64,000 nt of DNA from Nitrosopumilaceae archaeon. GTDB taxonomy: Archaea; Thermoproteota; Nitrososphaeria; Nitrososphaerales; Nitrosopumilaceae. The notes below the pieces were generated by a model. It worked only from the letters and a program-made list of their open reading frames with translations, did no database searches and was not told where the DNA came from. A program made the translations under genes and the position numbers. The stretch covers positions 1,568,001 through 1,632,000 of the forward strand of contig CBDCCK010000002.1 of assembly GCA_965214835.1 (NCBI GenBank), in the 5' to 3' direction. This document shows, piece after piece, positions 63,627 to 64,000 of the stretch (position 1 is the first letter of the stretch; every line of letters starts with the position of its first letter).

Positions 63627-64000
63627 TTGTTAAACGCGTATGTCATGGACACTAGCGCGTTGATTTCTTTGGGCAGGGATTATCCGCGCAGTGTCTTTCC
63701 AGGTGTGTGGGAGAGTTTTGAGGCACTGGTTAAGCAAGACAGAGTGATATCATCAAGGGTGGTTTTGGACGAAATCTCTAGACAGGATGATGACATACAC
63801 GAATGGTGCAAAAATAACAAGGGCATGTTCAAAAAGGACACCGACGAAATAAAAAAGAGCGCCATGGACATAGTACGAAAGCACTCAAAACTGCTGCACG
63901 CCAACAAAAATAGAGATGAGGCCGATCCATATCTTATTGCGTTGGCATCATCGCGCATCAACAGCAACATCACCGGCGATAAATGGATGATCGTAACACA
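63627..64000 (+). CDS. DUF4411-type PIN-domain protein (runs off window end)
   Basis: YVMDTSALI...YP..VFPGVW...VLDEI...ADPYLIALA. Confidence 0.85.
   Translation, partial: MLNAYVMDTSALISLGRDYPRSVFPGVWESFEALVKQDRVISSRVVLDEISRQDDDIHEWCKNNKGMFKKDTDEIKKSAMDIVRKHSKLLHANKNRDEADPYLIALASSRINSNITGDKWMIVT

Overview
This is a 64 kb archaeal chromosome window from a Nitrosopumilaceae-type ammonia-oxidising archaeon (Thaumarchaeota). The assignment rests on SlaA-like, CFI-box-CTERM and IPxW-repeat surface proteins, a histone next to tatD, and the rpl18-rps5-rpl30-rpl15-secY-adk-DUF106-cmk-cbf5 operon. Housekeeping blocks include thiL, PMM, pfdA-ftsY-argF, the r-protein/secY operon, OFOR alpha/beta and four tRNAs (Thr-CGT, Cys-GCA, intron-containing Ser-GGA, initiator Met). 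These alternate with regions heavily invaded by IS66, IS630, IS5-like, ISH3 and IS6 elements and at least six families of 79-217 bp MITE-like repeats, a pattern suggestive of a host-associated lineage (inference). Main observations: (1) a 48.5-59.5 kb defence/toxin island in which each effector is broken (MTase-REase fusion, SAMHD1-like HD hydrolase, HicA) while the presumed antidotes (YwgA/Panacea-like protein, HicB) stay intact; (2) a little-studied HD-hydrolase plus YwgA-like two-gene module; (3) a mosaic S-layer/double-cupredoxin gene out of frame with its signal peptide at a G10 tract; (4) an exact 36-bp repeat / 36-bp spacer / 36-bp repeat scar in an IS630 gene, with an IS630-like spacer; (5) several Cys-rich microproteins absent from the ORF track, including a metallothionein-like one. 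All calls come from reading the sequence by eye; no database searches were run.
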